DNA of 50,152 bases from the IMG/VR virus record IMGVR_UViG_3300018031_000009, positions 1 through 50,152 of that record; one strand, given 5' to 3'. Source of the DNA: a virus (taxonomy: Duplodnaviria > Caudoviricetes). Shown piece by piece: positions 26,027-34,083 of the stretch; positions within the stretch are counted from its first letter, which is position 1, and the number at the start of each line of letters is the position of its first letter. A program made the position numbers and the translations under genes. The notes under the pieces are model-generated. The model was not told the DNA's origin. It was given only the letters and a program-made list of their open reading frames with translations, and ran no database searches.

Positions 26027-26415
26027 TGGCAGCCTTTCACCAGGACCTCCTGCCGGCGATCGAGCTCGCCCTGATCCAGTGGGCGGCCTGGGTGCGGGCG
26101 TACAACGTCCGGGGCCGGCTCGGGCTGCCCGACCATTCGCCGGGCTTCCTGTCCGGCGGGATGCATGGCAGCGTGGATGCCTCCTTCGAGGAGACATACG
26201 GCCACGAGATCGACGTCCGCCGCGCCAGCGCGATCGAGGCGGTGATCCAGGGGCTCGTGCGCCCCGAGCAGATCGCCCTCGAGGACGAGTACGGCCTGAG
26301 CATCAACAAGTGGCGGTTCGTGGTGTTGCAGGAGGGCTTCGAGGTCGTCCTGGCCCGCGCGAAGCGGAACGTCCTTGCCGGTGTCCGGCGCCGCGGCGAT
26401 GTTTGGCTTGGCTGA
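26026..26415 (+). CDS. Putative Q-like late regulator/antiterminator
   Basis: L..WA.W...LG.P...D...IEAVIQGL...QIAL...Y pattern; position at the end of the nin-like region. Confidence 0.55.
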   Translation: MAAFHQDLLPAIELALIQWAAWVRAYNVRGRLGLPDHSPGFLSGGMHGSVDASFEETYGHEIDVRRASAIEAVIQGLVRPEQIALEDEYGLSINKWRFVVLQEGFEVVLARAKRNVLAGVRRRGDVWLG

Positions 26416-26416
26416 A

Positions 26417-26581
26417 ATGACCATCCGGCCGCGAATCACGCTGCGGCGGGTCAAGTCGGGGACCGGATACCTCGTCACCGTGAGGTCTGACTACTGGCAC
26501 CGATCCACCTACGTCCCGGTGGCTACGTTCGGGGAGGTGGTGCGCGCGCTTTCGGAGAGGTGGGAGAGGTACGCCCCATGA
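26417..26581 (+). CDS. Hypothetical protein
   Basis: ATGA coupling to the next gene. Confidence 0.5.
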   Translation: MTIRPRITLRRVKSGTGYLVTVRSDYWHRSTYVPVATFGEVVRALSERWERYAP

Positions 26582-26976
26582 ACCGGCGAGGCTTCCTTGC
26601 CGCTCTCGGGTTGGGGTTGGTCGCCCCTGCCTGGGCATTTAAGCCAAAGCCAACTCACCCACTGTTCGCCGGGCAGGTCGGCCACTACAGCGAAATCACC
26701 ATCCGCCACATCGAGGCCATGAGGGCGGCGATCGATTCCGCTGAGTGGGGTTCCGAGTATTTGATTGTCGTAAACCCAAAGCAATTCAAGTGGTTGAAGG
26801 AGGGGGCGGCGCGCTCTTCCTGGAGGGAGGTCCACCGGGCCTGGAGGGTGGCCGGCAGGCCAGGAAGCAGCGATCCTCGCTCGGTCCTGGCCGCGACGAA
26901 GTGCGATCTGTGGCATAGCCTGCGGTTTGCGGAAAAAGTCACGCTTCCACTCGACGTGGTTGACGCCGGTCCCTAG
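26578..26976 (+). CDS. Tat-signal protein resembling a major-capsid fragment
   Basis: MNRRGFLAALGLGLVAPAWA signal; HPLFAGQVG and other blocks resemble the MCP at 47097-48386. Confidence 0.6.
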   Translation: MNRRGFLAALGLGLVAPAWAFKPKPTHPLFAGQVGHYSEITIRHIEAMRAAIDSAEWGSEYLIVVNPKQFKWLKEGAARSSWREVHRAWRVAGRPGSSDPRSVLAATKCDLWHSLRFAEKVTLPLDVVDAGP

Positions 26977-26988
26977 TAGGGGGATACT
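26960..26988 (+). promoter_or_regulatory. sigma70-type promoter (pR'-like)
   Basis: TTGACG - 17 bp - GATACT, with CCTAGTAG in the spacer. Confidence 0.7.
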
Positions 26989-27054
26989 CTGCTCGTGGGG
27001 ACGGCGCTCGCCCCAACTGAACGGCGCCCTCCGGGTTCCCGGAGCTATCTACCC

Positions 27055-27083
27055 AGCGCCGGCTCCCGCCGGCGCTTCCATTT
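27055..27083 (+). terminator. Terminator/attenuator-like hairpin
   Basis: AGCGCCGGC-TCCC-GCCGGCGCT followed by a weak T tract (TCCATTT). Confidence 0.45.
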
Positions 27084-27095
27084 CTGGAGCTCAAC

Positions 27096-27326
27096 ATGCC
27101 CGACAAGGTGCGCCCGCTGAACGTGTACGCCCCGGCGGGCGTCCGCAAAGGCAAGATCGAGGAGCGCGTGCGCCGCGGCGAAATCGGGGCTCTGAGCGAT
27201 GTGCCCGCCCCGACGCCGGTACCAGGGCTCGGCGAGCGCATTGCGCCCGCCGGCAGCATCGAGGAGAAGCTGTTGAAGGACGCGGAGCGCAAGAAGCGCG
27301 CGAGCGCCCCGCCGATCAAGGACTAG
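27096..27326 (+). CDS. Hypothetical protein
   Basis: GGAG RBS; downstream of the promoter. Confidence 0.65.
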   Translation: MPDKVRPLNVYAPAGVRKGKIEERVRRGEIGALSDVPAPTPVPGLGERIAPAGSIEEKLLKDAERKKRASAPPIKD

Positions 27327-27336
27327 CGCGCGGGCT

Positions 27337-27465
27337 TCACCACTTCGGCCCGAAGAGCAACTCGAGCAGCACGAGCAGGGCGATCGCCACGATGATGGCG
27401 ATGATCTCGCTGCGGCGGTTCTTGGGACTGCCCTCGTTGGGGTCATCGTAGCGGTCGCCGCTCAT
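27337..27465 (-). CDS. 42-aa membrane peptide
   Basis: EIIAIIVAIALLVLLELLFG; ATGA coupling. Confidence 0.55.
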   Translation of the reverse strand: MSGDRYDDPNEGSPKNRRSEIIAIIVAIALLVLLELLFGPKW

Positions 27466-27680
27466 GGCAATAGCGGCCTAATGTCGAGAGGGATGTTTCG
27501 CCTCGCGAAGCGGTAAGCTGCCAGCCGACTCTCGAACCCTGCGATCGGCGCATGGAATCCCAGGAATGCCGACTTCGAGCTGTATCGAGCGTAGGTCACG
27601 CGCATGTCGTAATGCACGCCGTCGAACGTGACTCCCGGTGGGACCGCGACGAGCCAGTAGTAGACGTCGGACGTTTTCAT
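27462..27680 (-). CDS. Hypothetical protein
   Basis: Coupled at both ends. Confidence 0.6.
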   Translation of the reverse strand: MKTSDVYYWLVAVPPGVTFDGVHYDMRVTYARYSSKSAFLGFHAPIAGFESRLAAYRFARRNIPLDIRPLLP

Positions 27681-28078
27681 GCGAGCGCTTCCACGTCGAA
27701 GGCTTCCATCGCGGCGTTGAAGCCGTCCGGGTCGTTCTCCGAAAACGTCCAGTCGGAGATCACGTCGATGCCATTGCCTAGGACCAGGGTGATCGTGTGC
27801 CGGCGCTGACTTGCCGGACTGCGCCCCACGTCCTTCGTCAAGATCAGGTAGGCCAAATCGACGTTGAAGACCAGTTCCATCGCGGTCTTCATGTCGCGCG
27901 CTGGCTCCAGCTCATCGCCGCCATCGTCCACGGCGATCAGGGCGAAGCCCGCGGCGTCCAGGTGCGCGATCAGATTGGCGACGATGCGCCGCTCCAGGCG
28001 CCCCCCGGGGCTGACTTCCTGCGCTGCATCGACGGCGAGGGATGGGACCTGAACGGCCCCGCAGGTCGGGCACTTCAT
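27677..28078 (-). CDS. Early-phage hypothetical protein
   Basis: AVDDGGDE...LVLGNGIDVISDW motif; coupled. Confidence 0.7.
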   Translation of the reverse strand: MKCPTCGAVQVPSLAVDAAQEVSPGGRLERRIVANLIAHLDAAGFALIAVDDGGDELEPARDMKTAMELVFNVDLAYLILTKDVGRSPASQRRHTITLVLGNGIDVISDWTFSENDPDGFNAAMEAFDVEALA

Positions 28079-28296
28079 GTGAGCTTCTCCCCCGCCTCGT
28101 TGTAGCGTTCGACGCTGTTGACCTGGGGATCCATGCCAACGATCGTTTCGATCATTCGCATCGCGACGGACTGAGCCATGGTGAGGAGGGCGTCCTCGCC
28201 GCCGCTGATGACCGGCTCAAACTGGATGCAGATGTCCACCTTCGTCTGGTCGGCGTCCGCCGCCGGGTCCTGGATGGTGATGATGACCTTCGCCAT
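28075..28296 (-). CDS. Hypothetical protein
   Basis: GGAGG RBS; coupled stop. Confidence 0.65.
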   Translation of the reverse strand: MAKVIITIQDPAADADQTKVDICIQFEPVISGGEDALLTMAQSVAMRMIETIVGMDPQVNSVERYNEAGEKLT

Positions 28297-28297
28297 G

Positions 28298-28483
28298 CTA
28301 TACGTCCTCCCCTAGTTGTCGGACCAACATCGAAACGCACAGGTCGTCGGCGAGCACATCGGTGCATCGCCCGTCATGGACGACGAATACGCGATCTACG
28401 TCACGCGACATGGAGACGAGCCGAAAGCGATCCGGCACTGCGTTGCCGCAAACGTAGCAGCGAAGCGCGGGCTTAGACGCCAT
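28298..28483 (-). CDS. Small Cys/His protein
   Basis: CYVCG...HDGRC. Confidence 0.55.
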   Translation of the reverse strand: MASKPALRCYVCGNAVPDRFRLVSMSRDVDRVFVVHDGRCTDVLADDLCVSMLVRQLGEDV

Positions 28484-28736
28484 GCGGGAACGCGCAGATG
28501 AGGTACTCGCGCCCGTCGATGTACGCGCGGCGCATCGCCTGATCGTAGATCGAGTAGAGCGCAGCGACTTCGTCGCTGACGAATTCGTGAGCCGGCTCGG
28601 CGGTGTCGCCCATTACCGCGTAGGCTTCGACGTGCATCGGCACGCCGATCGCGATGGTGAGCTTCTCGCGCGCAGTGAGGCGCGCCCAGGGCGCGTCCGC
28701 GGGGCCGGTCTGTTCCCATGTGGTATCGAAGCGCAT
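28473..28736 (-). CDS. Hypothetical protein
   Basis: GAGGAG RBS before ATG at 28736. Confidence 0.7.
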   Translation of the reverse strand: MRFDTTWEQTGPADAPWARLTAREKLTIAIGVPMHVEAYAVMGDTAEPAHEFVSDEVAALYSIYDQAMRRAYIDGREYLICAFPHGV

Positions 28737-28851
28737 GCTGTTCTCCTCGTCGTGGTGGTAGTTGGAGGCGCCCTCCCGTGGTGGGAGGACGCCTGGGACT
28801 ACCGGCAGCGCGGGTCGCCTCGCGGAAACTCGATGCCGCCTTGCTTGCAAC

Positions 28852-29490
28852 CTACTGAGGGCTGACCTCGCCCTGGTCGGTCGAGAACTTGGGGCTGGCT
28901 TCGGCCGCCAGATCCGCACGCGCTTCGCGGATGAGGGCCTTGCCTTCGGCGACCATTGACGTGTCCTCGGTCTGGATGCCGACGTGGACCATCTTCACAC
29001 CCAGGTCCAGCTTCGAGCAGATGAAGTCGCGAACGGAGCCGTTCGCGGCAACGCCGCCCCAAATGGCAGAGACGCCGCCACCGACTGAGATCCGGCACTG
29101 CGCCGACGGAGCAGCCGCGCCGAGCGAAACCGATGCCGCCTGCCTGGGGGCGGAAACGGTCTGCACCGGAGCGACGGTAGTCGGAGCGGTGGCTTTGGCA
29201 ACCGAAGCGGCTGCCGCAGCGGCGAATGACGATGATTTGCTGCTGGCGTGTGACGAAGGCGAGAAGTTGTTGAAGCCGTTGCCGATGTTCACGGAGTTGT
29301 TGGCGTTGCCGCCCTTCCCGCCGTGACCACCCTTGCCGCCTTCGCCGCCCTGCCCACCTTGGCCGCCGTTCCCGCCGTTGTTGCCGTTGTTGCCGTTGCC
29401 GTTGCCATTGCCATTGCCGTTGTTGCCGGCAAACGCGGCCGACGCGAACGCCAGCGCGAGCGCGACGATGATGGTGGTGATGCTCTTCAC
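28852..29490 (-). CDS. Exported Gly/Asn-rich low-complexity protein
   Basis: Sec signal ending ASAAFA; GN/GGx repeats; C-terminal two-Cys domain; AAAGGA RBS. Confidence 0.75.
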   Translation of the reverse strand: MKSITTIIVALALAFASAAFAGNNGNGNGNGNGNNGNNGGNGGQGGQGGEGGKGGHGGKGGNANNSVNIGNGFNNFSPSSHASSKSSSFAAAAAASVAKATAPTTVAPVQTVSAPRQAASVSLGAAAPSAQCRISVGGGVSAIWGGVAANGSVRDFICSKLDLGVKMVHVGIQTEDTSMVAEGKALIREARADLAAEASPKFSTDQGEVSPQ

Positions 29491-29504
29491 TTGAGGATTT
29501 CCTT

Positions 29505-29738
29505 TCATGGTTGAGGGACTCCTTGGCCTTGCTGTTTGTTGTAGACGTTGGGGGTGGTACGAAACCTCTCCAGCACCTCGGCGCGCACGCTGCGCACCGA
29601 TGCGATCGGAGTGATATTCGCTACGTTCGTCACCTTGCCGTGAAGCACACGCAGGACGACGCCCGTCTCGAAGTTGATGAAGAGCCACGGCATTGGCTGC
29701 CGCACGCTCCCGGTGGTGATGGTCGGGTCGAGGTTCAC
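29505..29738 (-). CDS. Hypothetical protein
   Basis: GTGA coupling. Confidence 0.55.
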   Translation of the reverse strand: MNLDPTITTGSVRQPMPWLFINFETGVVLRVLHGKVTNVANITPIASVRSVRAEVLERFRTTPNVYNKQQGQGVPQP

Positions 29739-29911
29739 TCGGCGCGCTCCTGCCCGTCGCGAGCCGTGATGACGCGCGCCGGAGCGGCGCCAAAAATCTT
29801 GTCGAGCGCCTCGCTCATCTGGCGCAGCCGAGCCTTCTCGCGATCGGCGCATGAGAAGTAGGCGTGAAGCATCGTCAGCGGCAGGTTGCAGTAGGGGCAG
29901 AGCGGGATCAT
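29735..29911 (-). CDS. Small CxxC protein
   Basis: CPYC...H...C; coupled at both ends. Confidence 0.6.
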   Translation of the reverse strand: MIPLCPYCNLPLTMLHAYFSCADREKARLRQMSEALDKIFGAAPARVITARDGQERAE

Positions 29912-30252
29912 TCGCCGCGGTCCTTGGCGACCAGGGAAGCGAACAGGCACGCGAGGATGCGGATGCCGCGATGCTCCTCGTCCAACGGCCCGAGCCAGTA
30001 ATGTGGCGGGCTCTCCTCAAACTCGAGGTCGGTGCGCGCGTCTGCCTCGAACAGCTCCGACATGATTGCGTCGGCGCGGCGCTCGGCCCGCAAAGACTCG
30101 ATGTAGTGTTCGGACCACCCCTCGCCCCAAAGCCATTTACGGGCTAGGGCCGTAGCAACGCACGCGCCGATGGTCGCATCCTTGTTCTGTTCGATGAACT
30201 TGGCGGCGTACAACAGGACCGTCGAAGGCTTCTTTATGGCGGAAGGTTTCAT
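29908..30252 (-). CDS. Hypothetical protein
   Basis: ATGA coupling at both ends. Confidence 0.7.
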   Translation of the reverse strand: MKPSAIKKPSTVLLYAAKFIEQNKDATIGACVATALARKWLWGEGWSEHYIESLRAERRADAIMSELFEADARTDLEFEESPPHYWLGPLDEEHRGIRILACLFASLVAKDRGE

Positions 30253-30491
30253 TCCGGGTCTCCATTGGTTCCGGGGTGCGCCTCGACGCACTCGGTATCG
30301 GTGTGGCACCGCTCGTCGAAGAAGGCCGGCGCGAGCGCGAGAACGAAGAACAGGATGCCGATGCCGCCGATGATGACGGCGTAGGCGAAGAAGCTCGCGG
30401 CGTCTTTAGTGTGCGTCGAGCGCGGCTGATGCCGCGCCTCTACCACGCGCTTGACCATGCGCTGCGGGTATTTGGACCAGTTCATTTGCAT
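30249..30491 (-). CDS. Single-pass membrane protein
   Basis: GGAG RBS; TM FFAYAVIIGGIGILFFVLALA; CHTDTEC. Confidence 0.7.
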   Translation of the reverse strand: MQMNWSKYPQRMVKRVVEARHQPRSTHTKDAASFFAYAVIIGGIGILFFVLALAPAFFDERCHTDTECVEAHPGTNGDPE

Positions 30492-30512
30492 GACTCCGAT
30501 AGTAACCGATTG

Positions 30513-30608
30513 CTAGGCGAGCGCGCGCCAAAATATCCAGGCGGCGACTGCCATAATCCCGACGATGATCGGGTAGAACAGCACCGACGACTCGTTGCGG
30601 CGGCGCAT
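30513..30608 (-). CDS. 31-aa membrane peptide
   Basis: MRRRNESSVLFYPIIVGIMAVAAWIFWRALA; TGATG coupling. Confidence 0.55.
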   Translation of the reverse strand: MRRRNESSVLFYPIIVGIMAVAAWIFWRALA

Positions 30609-30901
30609 CAGTAGCCGTCCCGCGCGAAGCCGGTGGAATAGTGCCTGTCGATGCTCTGCGACTCACGGCCGTAGTTGGGCGTTTCGCAGTAGCGGCGATT
30701 GAGTATTCCTTGTGCCGCCCGGACGGCGTTGTGCAGCGCCTCGTCCTCGTTGCGACCGTATGTCGCGCAGAGTGAGAGTGGGTGGTGGTCGCCCGTGCCG
30801 TAGGAGTAGACGCGCGCCATGAACGGAAAGATCGCGCCGCGTGGCGCGCGGTCTACCGAGACGCGCAGCCGCACGGGGATGGTGGGCTCGATGATCTTCA
30901 C
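30608..30901 (-). CDS. Hypothetical protein
   Basis: Coupled at both ends. Confidence 0.65.
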   Translation of the reverse strand: MKIIEPTIPVRLRVSVDRAPRGAIFPFMARVYSYGTGDHHPLSLCATYGRNEDEALHNAVRAAQGILNRRYCETPNYGRESQSIDRHYSTGFARDGY

Positions 30902-31137
30902 AGCGGCGGCTCCTCCTCTTCCTCGTCGGTGTAGTCACCGATGAGGCTGTCGAGCACGTCCAGGAGGTCGTCCATCGCGTTGAGCTGGCGGGTGATCTCC
31001 TCGCGTTCCTCCGGGGTGCCCTCGGTCTCGTCCTGTGCGGCGGCGTCCCATGCCTCTCGCACGTCCGCTAGGCGTGCGCCGGCACCTATCAGGTGCTTGC
31101 GGATGCCCTCGCGGGTCGTGAGGTCGTGTGTGCTCAT
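30898..31137 (-). CDS. Acidic helical protein
   Basis: AGGAG RBS; Asp/Glu-rich with EEEEE near the C-terminus. Confidence 0.7.
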   Translation of the reverse strand: MSTHDLTTREGIRKHLIGAGARLADVREAWDAAAQDETEGTPEEREEITRQLNAMDDLLDVLDSLIGDYTDEEEEEPPL

Positions 31138-31457
31138 GTTGGTGCTCCTGATGTGACAGGGAAGTCCCCAAGGCCGGGCCAGTCGTCGCGCTCGCGCGCG
31201 GATAGGCTCACGATCAGCCCAAGCTCGCTATCGTAGGCGTCGCCCTCCCAGCCATCGTGCGCCCGAACGTGATACATCTGCTCAAGGCTCGGATCAACGT
31301 CCGGGCCGTCCGCTTCCTCCGGCGTGCATTTGCGGAGGCACAGCACGATCTGTCCGGCGTGCGCCGTGTAGTCCGGGTGCATGCTGAATTCGGTCGGATA
31401 GTAGAATCGCCAGCACAGGCCGGCTTTCTGATCGGTGCGGGTGAATGGCATGCTCAC
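31134..31457 (-). CDS. Hypothetical protein
   Basis: MYHVRAHDGWEGDAYDSEL motif; coupled at both ends. Confidence 0.7.
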   Translation of the reverse strand: MSMPFTRTDQKAGLCWRFYYPTEFSMHPDYTAHAGQIVLCLRKCTPEEADGPDVDPSLEQMYHVRAHDGWEGDAYDSELGLIVSLSARERDDWPGLGDFPVTSGAPT

Positions 31458-31795
31458 TCCTCCCGCGCGGCCGCACGCATGGCGGCGGCGACGGCGGCCG
31501 CGGTTTGCCCGCGCCCATCGTTCCAGAGCACGAGGTCTCCCCCGGGGTCGGACGACAGCTCAAGCCCAAGATGTGCCAGCACGCGCCGGGTGCTGTCGTC
31601 GACGATGGCATGCGGCAGCGAGAGCCGGCAGGCGGCGGCGCGGATGGCGCCGTCGGCACACCAGGAGCGGGCCGCGGCTTCGGTACTCAGGCAATCCGCG
31701 CCCATGGCGTCACGGGCGTAGGCGCCAGTCGTCCAGCCGCTGTCGATGAGCGCGGCCGCGGCGGTGAGCACCGCAGTAAATGGTTGTGGCTTCAT
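31454..31795 (-). CDS. DUF6197-like protein
   Basis: VL..AA.LI..GW..G.YAR...WC..GAI...WND...T...V...M..AA; GAGGAG RBS. Confidence 0.75.
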   Translation of the reverse strand: MKPQPFTAVLTAAAALIDSGWTTGAYARDAMGADCLSTEAAARSWCADGAIRAAACRLSLPHAIVDDSTRRVLAHLGLELSSDPGGDLVLWNDGRGQTAAAVAAAMRAAAREE

Positions 31796-31809
31796 GCGTG
31801 TTGCTCCTC

Positions 31810-32121
31810 TCAGGTGGCGTGACAAGTGGCGTTGCCGACCGGGAAGAACCACTCGTCCGGCATGCCGTCATGCTCGCCGTCGTATGGGTCGATGTGGGCG
31901 AGTTCGCGCGGGCGCAGGATCACGCCCTTGACCGGGCAAGAGAGGCGCACGCGGCTCGGCGCACGCGGCGCCTCGTAGACGATCGACGGATCGAACAGGC
32001 CATAGCGCCCCGGCGGCGGCGGGTGGAAGCCCCCCGCGGCCTTGACGGTCGCGCCCAGGAGGCCCAGGCCGACGAGCATCAGGATGAGGCCCAGCGTCTC
32101 GCGTGCGTTGGCGCGGATCAT
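31810..32121 (-). CDS. Membrane-anchored/exported hypothetical protein
   Basis: N-terminal hydrophobic helix; ATGA coupling. Confidence 0.65.
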   Translation of the reverse strand: MIRANARETLGLILMLVGLGLLGATVKAAGGFHPPPPGRYGLFDPSIVYEAPRAPSRVRLSCPVKGVILRPRELAHIDPYDGEHDGMPDEWFFPVGNATCHAT

Positions 32122-32348
32122 GCGGGCGTCTCCCCCAAGAGCTTGCGACCCTCGGGCGTGCGGGCGTACTGGACGGTGCTCCAGGCGTCACGCGCGCCTC
32201 TGTCGAACTGGCGTTTCGTCTGCCAATCGAGGGTGCTGTGAAAGATGACGTGCCGCATGCAGTCCTCGATCTCGGCCACGTCGGCGTCCGTGAGCGGCGA
32301 CTTGATCGCCGCGCGGATGGCTTTGGCGTAGGCGGCTCGGGTGCTCAT
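32118..32348 (-). CDS. Hypothetical protein
   Basis: IEDCMR...HSTLDW.T...F motif; coupled. Confidence 0.7.
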   Translation of the reverse strand: MSTRAAYAKAIRAAIKSPLTDADVAEIEDCMRHVIFHSTLDWQTKRQFDRGARDAWSTVQYARTPEGRKLLGETPA

Positions 32349-32884
32349 CAGATGCCTCTCTGCGCGTCTTCCGCGTCGTTGCGGGCTACGGCGGCGAGCG
32401 GGCCATAGACCGGCTGCCCATCGTGCCGGGCGAGCGCAGCGGCGTACCGCTCACGGCTGATCTCGTCCAGCGAGGCGAGGTAGTGGACCTGCTTCGCGCG
32501 CGGGTCGTCGCTGTCGAGCCACGCGCCAGCGGGCGCGAGGTAGGCGACGTAGCTGGTGCCGGGCTGGCGAGCGTTGCGTGCCATCGCAATGGCGGCGGTC
32601 AGCGCGTCCTGCGGGAAGTGTTCGGGGAAGGCAAGGGCGACGATGATCCAATCGCAGTCTTCTTCGTACCAGCCGAGCCCGAAGCCGCCGACGGCGGGAT
32701 GGGTTGCATCGACGTATGGTGAGCGAATCGCGCGCAGCGCGGCGGGCATGTCAGCCATCTTGGCGGGGGTGATGTAGTAGCCGCCATGGGATGACGTGGA
32801 TACCCGCACGATCCCCTTCGCAACGTCGGAGCGATGATCGGCGCGGCCCCAAGGGGTGCGCCCGATAGCGAGAGCGTTGTTCAT
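32348..32884 (-). CDS. DUF7007-like protein
   Basis: TPWG...GI..VST.SHGG...WYEEDCDW..V..AFP..F. Confidence 0.75.
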   Translation of the reverse strand: MNNALAIGRTPWGRADHRSDVAKGIVRVSTSSHGGYYITPAKMADMPAALRAIRSPYVDATHPAVGGFGLGWYEEDCDWIIVALAFPEHFPQDALTAAIAMARNARQPGTSYVAYLAPAGAWLDSDDPRAKQVHYLASLDEISRERYAAALARHDGQPVYGPLAAVARNDAEDAQRGI

Positions 32885-33294
32885 GCGGCCCCCGGAGCGG
32901 TCAGCTCCCACTTGGCAGCCACGGCGGCAAGCCGATCCAGCCACTCGGCCGGCGGGAATTTGTCATGAACGCGTTGGAGTGCTTCGAGGAAGAAGCGATC
33001 CCCTTGGCGCTCGTGCTCTACGCCAAGGCTCGCGTAAACCTCGTCGAGCACCGCGACCACGGGCATGGCCTCAATGTCCATGTCAGGGTAGTAATGCTCG
33101 TCCGTGATGAGCGCGCCAATGGCGCACTTGAGGCCGGGCATGTCGTAGGCGTCGCCCCGATAGCGGCACTTGAACATGGAATGCGTCTCACCCTCGAAAT
33201 TGTTGGCCTCTTCCATGCGCCCGCAGGGCACGCCCTGTGCCATCAGATGCGCGTGAACGCGGTTGAGCACGTCCTGCCTGTCCATGTATGTCAT
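32881..33294 (-). CDS. Early-phage hypothetical protein
   Basis: HL.AQG...C.YRG...KCAIG.LI.DE.Y...LQ..HD motif; coupled. Confidence 0.75.
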   Translation of the reverse strand: MTYMDRQDVLNRVHAHLMAQGVPCGRMEEANNFEGETHSMFKCRYRGDAYDMPGLKCAIGALITDEHYYPDMDIEAMPVVAVLDEVYASLGVEHERQGDRFFLEALQRVHDKFPPAEWLDRLAAVAAKWELTAPGAA

Positions 33295-33419
33295 TGCGGT
33301 CCTCTCAGAAGGTGAATGCCGGCCCCGATCCCGAAGAGCGCGGCACAGGTGGCCGCGACCGGGAACAGGACCGACGTGAAGAAGTCGGCGAGCGCGAGCG
33401 CGATCAGGATGCCGGTCAT
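33291..33419 (-). CDS. 42-aa hydrophobic peptide
   Basis: ATGA coupling at both ends. Confidence 0.55.
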   Translation of the reverse strand: MTGILIALALADFFTSVLFPVAATCAALFGIGAGIHLLRGPQ

Positions 33420-33502
33420 TTGCGAAACATAATCCAGAGCGGGCACGCGATGAACGCGAGTACCGCAACCTCTCGGGCAAGCTCGATTTCGGCGGGGCTC
33501 AT
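33416..33502 (-). CDS. 28-aa hydrophobic peptide
   Basis: ATGA coupling at both ends. Confidence 0.5.
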   Translation of the reverse strand: MSPAEIELAREVAVLAFIACPLWIMFRK

Positions 33503-33723
33503 GCGAACGCCTGCCCGCGAGTCCAGGCGACCGTAAAGCCGGTGCGGACTTCGCTCGTGATGACGTGCGTTGCGCTGGGGTGAGCGGTTAGCGCCTCGCG
33601 CGCCGCGCTCATGTGGTTGAGGTGATGGTGGGCTGGCTCGAGGACGCCGCCGCCCCCGAGCAAAGCAATGGCAATGTCGCCGGTGTCTCGGCTGACGATC
33701 AGCGGGATGGCGCGGATCTTCAT
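33499..33723 (-). CDS. Hypothetical protein
   Basis: ATGA coupling at both ends. Confidence 0.6.
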   Translation of the reverse strand: MKIRAIPLIVSRDTGDIAIALLGGGGVLEPAHHHLNHMSAAREALTAHPSATHVITSEVRTGFTVAWTRGQAFA

Positions 33724-33884
33724 GCGCGCCCCCGCCATGCACCAGCAAAGGCTGACGGAATCTCGCTCAGGACTTCCAGGACGCCGCGCGCGGCCGCCTC
33801 CACGCACGCCCCGACAACCAGGAACGGAAAGGCGACGCACAGCACCACGCGCCGGGCGATTGTGTTGCGGATGGTGGCGATCAT
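33720..33884 (-). CDS. 54-aa membrane peptide
   Basis: GGAGG RBS; RRVVLCVAFPFLVVGACV; coupled at both ends. Confidence 0.55.
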   Translation of the reverse strand: MIATIRNTIARRVVLCVAFPFLVVGACVEAAARGVLEVLSEIPSAFAGAWRGRA

Positions 33885-34081
33885 GCACCCTCCACGGCGA
33901 GCGTGACCAGGAGGCGCGAGCCGATTGCCGGCGTGGCGTGGCCGACGAACGCGCTCTTGCGGACGTAGAGCGTGCCGATCACGATGTCGTCCTTTTGGAC
34001 GTTGACGCCTTCGGCATCGACTTCCGTAAAGCGGAAGGTGCCCGGCGTTTCCTTCTCGAAGGCGAAGCGGACGGTCTTCAT
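33881..34081 (-). CDS. Small beta-rich hypothetical protein
   Basis: AGGAG RBS; FEKETPGTFRF...IGTLYVRKSA. Confidence 0.75.
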   Translation of the reverse strand: MKTVRFAFEKETPGTFRFTEVDAEGVNVQKDDIVIGTLYVRKSAFVGHATPAIGSRLLVTLAVEGA

Positions 34082-34083
34082 GG

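Noticed and set aside
13757-28318. Extra CCTAGT matches at 13757, 19723 and 28311 as operators
   Set aside because: Each coincides with a minus-strand TAGGAG/TAGGGGAG ribosome-binding site, which explains the match.
29330-29430. PE-PGRS or collagen-like assignment
   Set aside because: The similarity is compositional only; there is no PE domain and no sustained Pro-rich Gly-X-Y run.
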